Shown here piece after piece: positions 12,465 through 25,224 of a DNA stretch of 64,000 bases. Every line of letters starts with the position of its first letter. Within the stretch, counting starts at the first letter, position 1. Location: positions 33,825,761 to 33,889,760 of the forward strand of contig JASCQW010000137.1 of assembly GCA_030264375.1 (NCBI GenBank). The letters run 5' to 3'. The stretch comes from Carcharhinus longimanus. Its lineage: Eukaryota. The notes beneath the pieces are model-generated. The model was not told the DNA's origin. It saw nothing but the letters and a program-made list of their open reading frames with translations, and did not search any database. The translations under genes and the position numbers were made by a program.

Positions 12465-14616
12465 CTGCAAGTATGAAACATAGGCACCCAAAAGGGAAAA
12501 AAAAACATCATAGAAAAATTGTTCAGAGTTTTGAAAACGATAATCCGAGAAATTCCACACTTGAAAAGAATATTTATATCAATCACACAAAGTTGAAATG
12601 TAACACACACAAGAAATTAACTGTCCATTTAGGTAAGAAACATGTAAACTACAGTCAAATTAACATGGAATAATGAAATGCAATAACTGAAAAAACATAG
12701 TATACATGTAAAAGCTTGTGTGAAATGTTATCAACTAAAACAGATTCATATTTTCCAATTTATCCTTCAATTTTAAAGATTATATGCAAATGTTTCTGAT
12801 CTACTTGCTGCCCTCCACTTCCAGACTGACAGTGCTGCCTCTCATTGGGTTACCATCTAATGCATGTTGGGGTCCACTGGTGACATTGCCAAGCGGGAAC
12901 TCTAATGTAAGAAAAGGCAATTAATGCTGACAGGCTGCTCAGTTAGGGAGTTCCACTTGCATCGAGCCAGCAACGATTTAGGGGAGAAGTTTGTTCTACC
13001 TATTCAATATTATTTTTGTAATGCATTTAACACAGTGATGACATTACTGCAATTGATTAGCGATCACCTTAAAAAAAAATGGCGCCGGAGAAAGGTGACT
13101 TTTTGTGAGCTGTCCCCAGCGCACCCTCTAATTTCATTTTTTTATAATGTTCTGTGCTTCTAAATCTGGCTTTTAAGTCTTTCAAATTGCCCCTTTTGCA
13201 CCCTACCTATAGCTACACACTATATTCTGCACTCTATCCCTTTCCCCTATCTATTTTATGAACAGTACGTTTTGCCTATATAGCACACAAGGAACAATAT
13301 TTTTCACTGTATCCCAGTGCATGTGACAATAATAAATCAAATCAAAATACTCTCTGCCTCTCTCACACTTCTCTAATTCCATTGGCATTTTACTTTTGCT
13401 TATATTTCATGTCAAATGGCAACACTCTTAAAAGACTCTAAGCTGGATGCCAATGCAAATCATAATAACATAGCTTACCGTCCGCGTGAAAGCTGAGATA
13501 ATTTCAAATTTGCCTAATATTAGATTGAATTTTTGCTGTCCCCTCCCACGTTCATGGGTTAACTGTGTTCAGGATCCATCTTTTTCTATCCCATTCATCA
13601 TTTTATCCATCTTCGCTGTCTATCAAGTCAAATGATTCATTAGTTAGCCACTACTGAAGTTAAATCAGATTGGTCGTGAACATAGACTCAGTAAAGAATC
13701 AGAGGCAAGAGCCAATCATTTTTGCCTGTCTGTGGGTTATTAAAATTATAACTTATTTTGCAGCCACATTTGTGAACTGCATGGATATACTGGAAATGCC
13801 ACTGCTGTTCGACTTGCTTGGAAGGAGTAAAGGGAACAATGCAAGTGTCTCTAGAGGCTTTAAAAATGGATAACTGATAAACGCTCGACTGAACTCAACT
13901 TTTCTATTTAACAACATGATAGAAGCAGAAAACTATAGGGTGGGCACTTCTTAAAAATGGCTTCAGCTTTTTAAATTTAATAAAAATCTAGGCACCTAAA
14001 ATATAGAACATAGAACAGCACAGCACAGTATAGGCCCTTCGGCCCTCGATGTTGTGCCGAGCTATGTCCAAACCCAAGATCAAGCTATCCCACTCCCTAT
14101 CATTCTGGNNNNNNNNNNNNNNNNNNNNNNNNNNNNNNNNNNNNNNNNNNNNNNNNNNNNNNNNNNNNNNNNNNNNNNNNNNNNNNNNNNNNNNNNNNNN
14201 NNNNNNNNNNNNNNNNNNNNNNNNNNNNNNNNNNNNNNNNNNNNNNNNNNNNNNNNNNNNNNNNNNNNNNNNNNNNNTGAAACAGGTCACTGTTTATTGA
14301 TGTGAGAAGTTCTATCTACTGACTGGTATAATCTGATTTTCCAGGCAACAATTCTTCATGAATTTTTTCCTCTTTGATAATTCCATTTGGACTGATCAGT
14401 CTAAGATTAGGCAAATTGCTGCAACACAGAAATGGGAAACATAATCTGAGAATGACCGACAAGGACAAACTCAACTGTGCTCCCGAAGACAGAGAACACG
14501 TTTTGGCAGCTGCTGAGGAGATAGGCAAATTTCAGAGAACAAGCTCGGGCCACATTGACCAGTTAGAGGGCCAATTAGCACAGGCTAATCAGGGAACAAC
14601 ACTGGCCAATTACGAG

Positions 14617-15141
14617 GCACAGTAGCACAGTGGTAAGCACTGCTGCCTCACAGTGTCAGGGACCTGGGTTCAATTCCTGGCTTGGAATCTGTACATTCTC
14701 CCCATGTCTGCGTGGGTTTCCTCCAGGTGCTCCGGTGAATCTGTGGAATACCCTGCCCAGTGAAGCAGTTGAGGCTACCTCATTGAATGTTTTTAAGGTA
14801 AGGGATAGATAAATTTTTAAACAGTAAAGGAATTAAGGGTTATGGTGAGCAGGTGGGTAAGTGGGGCTGAGTCAACGAAAAGATCAGCCATGGTCTTATT
14901 GAATGGCAGAGCAGGCTCGAGGGGCCAGATGGCCTATTCCTGCTCCTAGTTCTTATGTTTCCTCCCACAATCTAAAGATGTGCGGGTTAGGTGGATTGGC
15001 CATGCCAAATTGCCCCTTCGTGTCAGGGGGACTAGCATGCGTTTGGGGATAGGACTTAAGTGGGATTGTGGTCGGTGCAGGCTCAATGAGCCAAATGGCC
15101 TCCTTCTGCGATGTAGGATTCTATGTTTCTATGATTCTATG
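14617..15141 (+). mobile_element. HE1-type V-SINE containing a CR1 3' fragment (about 14737-14957)
   Basis: SINE gctccggt|ttcctcccac is split by a VNLWNTLPSEAVEA-coding CR1 tail. Confidence 0.8.
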
Positions 15142-15159
15142 AATTAGAGAACTGCACTG

Positions 15160-15450
15160 GTGGCAGGGTAGTAGAGTGGTTAGCACAGTGCGAGGGGGTC
15201 ACGTCCAACTTCAGCCTCGGGTGACTGTCTGTGCAAAGTTTGCACGATCTCCCTTTGTGGGTTTCCTCCCACACTCCAAAGATGTGCAGGTTAGGTTGAT
15301 TGGCTGTGGTAAATTGCCCCTTAGTGTCAGGGGGATTAGGAGAGTAGATAACTGGGGTTATAGGGATAGGGCATGGGTGGGATTGTGGTCAGTGCAGACT
15401 CGATGGGCTGAATAGCCTCCATCTGCACTGTTGGATTCTCTGATTCTATA
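15160..15450 (+). mobile_element. HE1-type V-SINE, tail A
   Basis: Family match. Confidence 0.8.
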
Positions 15451-15513
15451 ATTAGAGAGCAGCACTGCCCCATTAGAGAACTGTACTGGCCAATCCAAAC
15501 TGGCTAATTAGAG

Positions 15514-15638
15514 AACCTGATGAAGGGTCAGCGCTCCGAAAGCTTTGCGCTACCAAATAAACCTGTTGGATTTTAACCTGGTGTTGTGAGACTTCTTATT
15601 GTGCCCACCCCAGTCCAACACCGGCATCTCCACATCAT
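15514..15638 (+). mobile_element. Penelope-type terminal repeat with degenerate hammerhead core
   Basis: cctgatgaagggtcagcgctccgaaagc...ccaaataaacctgttgga...catctccacatc; same family as 9386 and 56060. Confidence 0.55.
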
Positions 15639-16607
15639 AAATAGAGAACTGCATAGGGCAATGAGAGAATTGCACTGGCCAGAGAACTCTACTGGCTAGA
15701 GATCAGCATTGGAAGAAAACTGTGGTACTCCCCTTGTTGACGCAGAGACCTAAACAAGAGAAATAATTACTTTTTTATATAAAGTCTATCAATGAGGAAG
15801 AGGGGGAATAATTTGGGACAAAAACTCTTGTTGGCAAACTACTAAATTCCATTCACGAAAATGAGGTTGTAAATTGCATCGTATTTAAACCCTGAACAGT
15901 CTTGAGGCTAAATGGTAATCTGCACTCTCTTGTTGCTTTGGTATCACTGTCAAAAATAATTACAAACTGGGTGAGGAAGGGAAATCAATGGGGGCGAGGT
16001 GAAATAAACTGGAATGGTCTGGAAACATTTGCATATAATCTTGGGCACGGTGCTGAATTTCAAGTTTAAAATTGAGATCATTATGACAGTACAAAACATT
16101 TCAACAGAAACAAACTACCACAAGATCAGTGAATGAGTGTTCCATTAAAATGATGACTATCAGAAGCTTTATCAATGCTTTCACACATCCATATCATTTT
16201 GAGGAGACTGGAATTAAATCAGCAAGCAAACTGATTTGTGAACAAATTCTACTAATTTACTCAAATTTCACTTTTAGTGGGACGCTTGCCATTTCGTGGC
16301 AGGTAAATGAACACCTTCTGTGTGTCCTGCAATCTTCTGACTAGTGAATCGGGCAGTAATCTCTCAAGTACAGGGTGAAACATTGAGCTAATCGTGCCAT
16401 GGCAAATCTGACAGAACAGAAGTAAAATTGGTAGAGTTGGTTAAATTATTTGGCTTTTAAGTGACTTGTTGGGAGTTAACGGATCTGCAACAAAACTAGA
16501 ATCCCTCCTTTTTCCAGCGGGGGACAAAAATGTACTGATTCTCGTAGAGTCCTGATCCTCCCAATCTCTTTAAAACGTCAAATCAGATTCCAATGTAAAA
16601 TGTAGAC

Positions 16608-16732
16608 TAGAATTTTACTGTCCTGCCTGCCACGGGAATTGGAGCCGGTGAGGGGCAGACCATGGAAAGGTCTGTTGACCTTGGGTGGGATTTTATGGTT
16701 TCGGGACGAGTGAGGCCGGAAAATCCCACCCC
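16608..16732. mobile_element. Short MITE-like element (relatives at about 28955-29068 and 60357-60494)
   Basis: Shared internal ccatggaaaggtctgttgacct...gggatttt and ggaaaatcccaccc end. Confidence 0.6.
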
Positions 16733-18584
16733 ATATGCTTTTAATCACTATGTGGCTGTCCACACCACCAAAATAGAGTTGGCATTTTTTGGAGCGTCAA
16801 AAGATAATTGACCCTGTGTAAATATCTTTTGAAAGCGTTAATTGTAATATTAATATTCTTCCAACCCAGGAGGAAAGAACTGCTAAAAACTGGGAAATAC
16901 GAACACTGGTCCAAAGCGTTTTTTACTTATTGGGAAATTGCTTAATTGTTTCCAATTTCTCACAATTGAATTTCACAGAATGATATCTGGTAACCATGCA
17001 TCTTATTCTTGCAGTACTGATGACTGAATTTTGGGACAGGTTGGTCAATGACAATGTCAATGAATTGGGTATCAGATCCATCAGGTGCTTTAACCAAAGG
17101 GGTGTTCAGCCCCATTATCAGTACTTTATAGTGTATTAATGCTGCATCCCTACACCTCACATTCCAACTGATCAGAAATACACACTTCATGGTCATCGCG
17201 AAGGCTGTTATCAGTGGGTAGAAGAAGCAATCTTCCCCCAAAATCAAAGAACAGTGAAAGAGATGCTTAGCCTTCCAATTTGATTTTCACCGGTTTCAAC
17301 ATATTTTCACCAATTGCTTCTCAAAAAGCTGAACCAGCGGTGTTTGAAATGGATTTATCGCTAGAACAAATCAATAACGGCAATCAGTGATGGATCAGCC
17401 AATTAAAGAAAGACACTGCCTTGCGATGCATCTTAAAGGGTCCCATTTTCCCCAACTCTCTCCACCGGAAAAATTTTCTGAAATTGCCAGTATTCATTAT
17501 GGCACGTTTACATTGCTAAGTGAGCCATTGGTAAAATGTAATTATTTCACATGGCGGCGAATTTAGCGGGCAGTGATTGGCAACATGGTGTCGCCGCAAC
17601 ACTGAAATTGCCTTTTAATGATGAGCAAGGTCATCTCTGCAAGTGTCCCAGGATGTAATGTTGGTCAGCCATCCCAGGTGGCGCTGTAATCAGAAACTGG
17701 GCTTGCCTTTGGAAATGATCTTGTGTCTAATTGGTTCCATTCTCTATAGATACCAACAGTATGGAGTCTGGCTCATTGTTTTTTAAAATAATTTTCAGCT
17801 ATTGAGGAAGGTATGGTGATGAAGGAATTGGACTATTATGGATAATTGAAGATATAAGCCTGTGAAAGTGAAAATGTGCCCTACACTATAAATCAGAGAG
17901 CTCCCTAGTCACCTTGGACATGGGTTGAAATTCCTGACCCATTATTTTTTGAGGTAGCTCTTCAATTCCAGTAGAGCATAGAACAGGTTATGGGAATAAA
18001 GTAATTGTGAGAGATTCACTACGTGGACTGTTCAATGAACGTTTCTTAAGGGCAATATCCAACCATTAAACTTTGCTTATTTTAAGATTACGTGGCCAAA
18101 TATGACCATGGTTCAAATCATGCATTTGAATTCTTGTTTCATCCTTTTATACCACAATATTTGAACAGTAAGAACTGGTAGAAATACACACTCTGAAGTT
18201 TGATTTTAATTTTTTTTTAAAAAAATTCATTTAATTTATATTTTCCTCCAAATTGTGCCATGAAATTTGGTCATTGGTCAAAGATATTTTCTATGCTTGG
18301 GAGATTAGGCCATCAGATGGAACTACTTTACAATGGCCACCAATATTGCTCCAATCAGCCAGTATAAAGTCATTAGAGGAACACAAGGTGCACCAGTTTT
18401 TTTTAATATGGTTGTACAACATTTGATTATCATCAGAGGTTTTGTCTGGTGACCTGTCTGAAAGTGGACTCTGATCAATACTATTAGATAGTATCAGGGA
18501 GCAAATCAATCTTGCCAAATGTTGAACTACCAGGTATGGTAATGTAGTGGTTACATTATAGACCAACATAGGGGAGGGTGGGGG

Positions 18585-18885
18585 GGTGCACAGTGATTAG
18601 CACTGCTGCTTCACAATTCCAGGGACCTGGGTTCGATTCCCAGCTTAGCTCACTGTCTGTGTGCAGTTCGCACATTCACCCCCTGTCTGCATGGGTTTCC
18701 TCCAGGTGCTCTCGTTTCCTCCCACAGTTTGAAAGACGTGCTGGTTAGGTGCATTGGCCATGCTAAATTCTCCCTCGGTGTACCCGAACAGGTGCTGGAG
18801 TGTGGCGACAAGGGGATTGTCACAGTAACTTCATTACAGTGTTAATGTAAACTTCCTTGTGCCACTGATAAATAAACTTAAAACT
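18585..18885 (+). mobile_element. V-SINE, tail B, nested in an older tRNA-derived SINE (about 18535-19220)
   Basis: Family match; the flanks continue a second SINE family also seen at 50117-50432. Confidence 0.8.
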
Positions 18886-19421
18886 TTTAATAATCCAGAG
18901 AAACTGAGTTCAAAGCCTATTGCAGCAATTTGAGGAACATATATTCAGGTTTTTAAAAAATGGAAAAAAAAAATCAGTTAAAAATTACTGTAATCGTCAT
19001 AACGACCCAATGAATTATCCAATGTCTTTTTGGGGATGAATGGTGCTCTCTTTGGCCACTCTGGCTATCTGCCCACAGAAGTGGCTGAGCAAGTTATACA
19101 GCTGCACCAAACCACAAGGAGTGGTCCAAAAAGGGGATCCGTCATTGCCTTCTCAGGGCAATACATGATAAGTGATAAATGCCAGATTTCCAGTGATGTC
19201 TACATTCTGGGAGTGAAATAAAGAAACTGTATGATTTCGAATCCACAGAATATTTTAAACAACTTGTAAAACAAGAATTCAAATTCATTTCACTGATCTT
19301 ATAATTCCAAACTGAATAATTTAATAATACTTAAATCCATTGATTTACAATGCAATGCAACATGTTAGCGTGACTCTGTATCCTCCTCTGTAATGATTGG
19401 TAAATTAAGGCAAGCTCCTAC

Positions 19422-19775
19422 CTGTAGACATGCTTTCTCCAGCTGAGAGGTTGTCTAAAATTGTATGGTCCAGAGGCTGTGGGCTAGACCCAGAAAGGCC
19501 TGTTGTTGGAGGCTGCGGAGGTGGGAGGGTGGGTCTTTGTCTAGGCTTGAGTGTGGGTCGAGACTTAGTTAAAGTGCTTGTTTGGGATGGGGGGGATGAC
19601 AGGGATGGTGCGGCTGGGGGTGTTTGGCTTGATGGCAAGGTGTAGGATTGAGGGTAGTTTGCAGCATATGGCGAGGGAGTGCTCGGAGGTGTGGGAGAAA
19701 GGCTTGCAGGGGAAGGCTGGCCAGTTGACTGGTCAAATGGGATTTTGGGTGCTATGGGGGCCACCTTCTTTGAAG
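19422..19775 (-). CDS. ARHGAP44: ARHGAP44 Pro-rich penultimate exon (ASKKVAPIAPK...SLSPTPPSTPSPY...KPRQRPTLPPPQPP...GESMST)
   Basis: 354 nt, cag|CT...ACA G|gtagga, phase 1-1. Confidence 0.95.
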
Positions 19776-20272
19776 CTGTAAAGGAAAGAAACAAAATTTT
19801 TAGCTTGCATGTGGGTGTTTTTTAAGGCACATTTGGCACGACAAAATATCATTTCAAAAAGAACCAGCAAAATAGAAGCCCGAAGATCAAAACAAAAATA
19901 TATTTTATCGCAACAGGGTGCTTTTTAAACTGCTCAGCGGCACACTCCAGAGGATAATCTGAGCATTGCACTGCAGGAGAGAAGTTGTGTAGTGTATTGA
20001 AGAGGAACACACTGCTAAAGAAGGGCAGAACAGCATACCAGCGAGGAACATATTGTCAGCCCAGGCTGTGCAGTGCATTGAGGAGGGGACACCGTACGAT
20101 ACACTGGAGAAGAGAGCTCGAGAAATGGCTGATAGCTGTTCTTTAAAAAATTAGTAAGTGTTGCAAAACCATTTAACACAAGCACAAGGACTGTAGATGC
20201 CAGAAACTGGAAACAAAACACACAAAAAACACTAGAAATACTCAGCAGAATAGGCAGAATCAGCAGAGAGAA

Positions 20273-20578
20273 CATAGAATAACAGAAACCTGACAGTGTC
20301 GAAGGAGGCCATTCGGCCCATCGAGTCTGCGTCAACCACAATCCCACCCAGGGCTCTATCCTCATAACTTCACTTATTTACCCTGCTAACCCCCCTAACA
20401 ATTTGCAATTTAGCGAGGCTAATCAACCTAACATGCACATCTTTGGAGGAAACCAGAGCAAACGCACACAGACACAGGGAGAACATGCAAACTCCACACA
20501 GACAGTCACACAAGGCTGGAATTGAACCCCTGTCCCTGGCGCTGTGAGGCAGCAGTGCTAACCATTGTGCCACCGTGT
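20273..20578 (-). mobile_element. HE1-type V-SINE, tail A
   Basis: Family match. Confidence 0.85.
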
Positions 20579-22110
20579 CTCCAACATGGTGCGCAATCCT
20601 AGCTACCATTCAAGACACGCTCCAGCTGCAGCGAGGACGAAGAATTTAGTGGGCAGTCAAATTTCCCTTCACTGCGGCAGGATGGGAAAATCCTACCGGT
20701 GTGAATGTTGGTAAGGTTCCGGCCACTGTTTCTGGTTGGAGAACTTTCACTGTGTTCTGATGCGAAGTCAGTGTTGTGTAACATTAGTTCTCCGCAGATG
20801 ACTTGTTGAGTGTTGCCAGGATTTTCTGCTTTTATTTCATCTGTTTAATAAGTGCCCACCATCCCTTAGAAAAGCTAGCGCAAAATGCCAATCCAGATAC
20901 ACGGCAGCGTATTGTGCCCTCCTCCTGGGCAGGTTTGGTGGAGGGGTGGGGGGGACAGATAGAGACGACCCTGCCAGCTTTCCGCTTCCACCTCAGTTAA
21001 ATCTATGGCAGGAAGGTCTATTGACGTCCCTCCCGCCCAGTCGCAACTGAGGCCCGGCACTGGTTAGGGGGCTAGGCATGCAGGGTACACCACAACCGAA
21101 CCCTGGCATGTTTGCTCACAGGCTCCTGGGAATGGATGCTCCCTTGTTCAAAGGTACTCAGTACCTGGGAGGGTCCCAGCATCAGGAAGCGGGGGCGGGG
21201 GGTGGGAAGGGGGGTTGGTGATAGCTGTTAGGAGGCATCAAACCTGCCCTTGCTGCCCACCCCCCTCTCCAATGACCGAGCTACCACCACCACCCCCCCC
21301 AACCCTGTCATCGGTCACCTGTGCCTGGGTCCCTGCTTGATCCCAGGCCNNNNNNNNNNNNNNNNNNNNNNNNNNNNNNNNNNNNNNNNNNNNNNNNNNN
21401 NNNNNNNNNNNNNNNNNNNNNNNNNNNNNNNNNNNNNNNNNNNNNNNNNNNNNNNNNNNNNNNNNNNNNNNNNNNNNNNNNNNNNNNNNNNNNNNNNNNN
21501 NNNNNNNNNNNNNNNNNNNNNNNNNNNNNNNNNNNNNNNNNNNNNNNNNNNNNNNNNNNNNNNNNNNNNNNNNNNNNNNNNNNNNNNNNNNNNNNNNNNN
21601 NNNNNNNNNNNNNNNNNNNNNNNNNNNNNNNNNNNNNNNNNNNNNNNNNNNNNNNNNNNNNNNNNNNNNNNNNNNNNNNNNNNNNNNNNNNNNNNNNNNN
21701 NNNNNNNNNNNNNNNNNNNNNNNNNNNNNNNNNNNNNNNNNNNNNNNNNNNNNNNNNNNNNNNNNNNNNNNNNNNNNNNNNNNNNNNNNNNNNNNNNNNN
21801 NNNNNNNNNNNNNNNNNNNNNNNNNNNNNNNNNNNNNNNNNNNNNNNNNNNNNNNNNNNNNNNNNNNNNNNNNNNNNNNNNNNNNNNNNNNNNNNNNNNN
21901 NNNNNNNNNNNNNNNNNNNNNNNNNNNNNNNNNNNNNNNNNNNNNNNNNNNNNNNNNNNNNNNNNNNNNNNNNNNNNNNNNNNNNNNNNNNNNNNNNNNN
22001 NNNNNNNNNNNNNNNNNNNNNNNNNNNNNNNNNNNNNNNNNNNNNNNNNNNNNNNNNNNNNNNNNNNNNNNNNNNNNNNNNNNNNNNNNNNNNNNNNNNN
22101 NNNNNNNNNN

Positions 22111-22445
22111 CTTCCACCCATCTTAGTGTCATCTGTGAATTTTGACACATTACACTTGGTCCCCAACTCCAAATCATCTATGTAAATCGTAAACAATTAC
22201 GGTCCTAACACTGATCCCTGAGGCACACCACTAGTCACTGATCTCCAACCAGAAAAACACCCATTTATCCTCACCCTTTGCTTTCTGTTAGTTAACCAAT
22301 CCTCTATCTATGCTACTACATTACCCGTAACACTGTGCACCTTTATCTTATGCAACAGTCTTTGGTGCGGCACCTTATCAAATGCCATCTGGAAATCCAG
22401 ATACACCACATCCACTGGTTCCCTTTATCCACTGTGCTCGTAATG
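22111..22445 (-). mobile_element. CR1-type LINE reverse transcriptase fragment
   Basis: FTIYIDDLELGTKCNVSKFTDDTKMGG, RT active-site region. Confidence 0.85.
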
Positions 22446-22447
22446 AA

Positions 22448-22658
22448 CCATAGAAATCATAGAAACTCTACAGTGCAGAAGGAAGCTATTTCGCCCATTG
22501 AGTCTGCACTAACCATAATCCCATCCAGGCCCTATTCCCGTAACCTCTCATATTTATCCTGCTAATCCCCCCGAGATTAAGGCCAATTTAGCATGGCCAA
22601 TCAACCCAACCCGTACATCTTGGGACTGTGGAAGGAAACTGGAGCACCCGGAGTGAAC
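22448..22658 (-). mobile_element. HE1-type V-SINE 3' part
   Basis: Tail A and part of the body. Confidence 0.8.
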
Positions 22659-23859
22659 CCAGCTGTCTTTAGTTTCCTTTGAACTTCAATGCTCCAATCC
22701 ACATGCAGTAAGTACTGTTCCTGGTAAACGGGGGGTGATATTTGAGACAGGATTTTGCCATTTTTTGGCAAAATGTCATCCTGCCACATCTTGCCCAACC
22801 AACGACTCAGACTCTTAAAAGATCAGAATGCCCTGATGTAAATGAGTAAAAAGTGAATCACCCAAACACTCAACAACGCTCCCCCCATCCCACTGAACTC
22901 GCCTGATACTTCTCTCAGAGCACTCTGTCCCTGTCCCCATCTCTCCCACTCCACTACACCATGCTCATACATCAGCGAGATGTCATGGGATCTGTCCCTT
23001 TCCTTTTTTCTTTCAGTGTCTAAAAATAGGGCAGCTGGTGATCTACCCTCTGTTTTTCCCACCCGCGATGACATTTTGCCTCAAGTATCGGTAGGAACAG
23101 TGGACCCCTCACCTCCTCCCACTCATCCAATTCCCTCCCCCCCACCAATACTTCTCACACAGCACTCTGTCCCTCCCCAAACCTCTCACACAATACCCAC
23201 CCCAGTGCCAAGGGGTAGTGTTAGGGTACTGCTCAGGTATGACCTTTTTCCCCCTGGGGACTGTACTCACCTGTGCGCCTCTGGTGTGTTCTGCTTGCCA
23301 GCTGCACATTGTAGGGACTGGTTGCGATTTACGTCGATGTGAGTGAGTGGACAAATTTTAGGACTCCTGCATGGTTTTCCATCCCCTCCCCTGCTATTCC
23401 TGCCACACCTCCCCCCGCCCCCAAAAAAAAGGGAGTGGAAAATCTTGTCCCCTTGGAGTTTTGGAGGAAACCAGACTTCTTCACCCACCCTTGCTGAAAT
23501 CTGTTTACCAATCATTCTGTAGGAGATACATCTTATTGTATTACGAGGTGAATGTACATCATGGTTCTGTGTCCCCGTAATGTTATATTGCAAGTGGACT
23601 CAAAATAAATCTACAGTCAGATCACCAAAGCCCAGCTGGCAATGGCATTAGGCGTAAATGTTTCCAATTTGCCATGTTATGCTATGAATTTATGAATTGT
23701 TGGGGGCGTATTTGGTTTAGAATTGCAATACCAAACAGCATTCCTTACAGAGATGGAACCCGTGAATCACTAGTGTGGATGCTTTCAACATGAGTTTGCT
23801 AACTTAACCCAACAAGACACAACATTTAGCAAACAGTCGATAAAAGGCAAAGGGCTTAC

Positions 23860-24005
23860 CTTTCCTCAGCGTGTGGGGGCTATGTTCGCTGGACAGTTGA
23901 CTGGTGGCAATGCTTTGCTGGAGACTGCTTGAGGAAGTCACATGGTCAGAAACAGGTCTGCCTTTCTGCCCAATCACAGGTGAAAGTTCTTTGCCTTTCA
24001 TAGCA
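23860..24005 (-). CDS. ARHGAP44: ARHGAP44 exon (SAMKGKELSPVIGQKG...EHSPHTLRK)
   Basis: 146 nt, cag|T...G|gtaagc, phase 2-1; KELSP and SPHTLRK conserved with human. Confidence 0.93.
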
Positions 24006-24271
24006 CTGAAGAGGAAAGATTTGGATTATTTGCATACAGATATTCCTTCAGGTTATGCATGTCAAAATACAACAGATGCACACTCTTACAAAGCCTTATC
24101 GGTCAAACTTGGTTAACTCACTTACTAATAAAATGCAAATACAAGACACATACACACATTTTTCTATTCATCTCCCGCAAGTTACTTTATCTCAATACAA
24201 GTCCTAATGATTTCCACACACAACGTTTCAGAGATACTCAGAGCATCGAGGCTTGAATTCTAAATATTTAC

Positions 24272-24721
24272 CTAGTCAGCCTGGTTCCTTTGTCTCTGGT
24301 ACAGGCACAGCCGACCCATGGGGCAGAGGCTGACATGGAAGGGTTAAAGGGGGTGCCACAAGGGTTGTGCTTGGTTAGAAGTAAAGGGGTTTTGATGTAG
24401 ACAGGTGAGACATTAGTTTCAGGTGCATGCGTGTCAGTGAGGGGGCTTTGCTTGGGGAGGTGCAGGGAGCACGGCTTAGGGTTAGAGTTGACATCAAGCT
24501 GCTGGGGGGAAGGAGGCTGAGTGAGCAAGGTTGGGCTGTACCCGGACCACCTTTGAGGGGAGGAGGCTTGGGGTACGCCCTCAGGCCGAGCAGATGGCTG
24601 AGCCTTGTGGTACAAATGGTGGGCAGGCTGGTAGCAAGGAGGAGAAGGAGAAGGTTTGTCATTCTCTGGGGAAGGGTAAGAGTAACAGGAATCCGACCAA
24701 TTGGAAGACAACTCGTCTGTG
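24272..24721 (-). CDS. ARHGAP44: ARHGAP44 450-nt alternative cassette exon (TDELSSNWSDS...LDVNSNPKPCSLH...SPVYIKTPLLLTKH...CACTRDKGTRLT)
   Basis: tttacag|C...AG|gtaaat, phase 2-2, open for 149 codons, Pro/Ser-rich; resembles an insert I recall from long fish isoforms. Confidence 0.8.
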
Positions 24722-25224
24722 CTGTAAACACATTTAAGGAGCAACATTTGTTTGGGGAGGTACAAACAAAAAGGGAGGGGAGAAAATCAACAGAGAAAAA
24801 AAAAATACAAGGTTTAGTAACTCAGACACTGCATGAAAACACAACAGACATTTGCTGTAAAGCGACAGAGCAATGGCAATAAGGTGGGGGGGGGGTGGGG
24901 GTTTCACGGCACAACACACAGCGGACACTAAGGGCTGAGCAGTGCCATGCTGAATGTGAAATCTGTTGTAAAGCTTTGTGTTTCTATGTGTCAGAAGCTA
25001 GAACACAGAGTGAGCATGCACACACTGCACTCAACAACATGCCAGTGGCTTCTGAAACAGCTCCTTCCTAATTTTACTGCATGTCTTTTGTTATCCTGCA
25101 GGATGCTAACATTTCTGATTTGAAAAAGAAATGAGAGGAACAATTGCTAAGATAAGAGATTTACTGGAACAAATTAATTTCTGAATTTTTAGGTATGCCT
25201 TGTGACTCATGCCCTTTAATACGG

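Noticed and set aside
21250-22196. Long ORFs of about 220-310 aa (also 9410-10101 and 43977-44971)
   Set aside because: Open only because they run through N gaps
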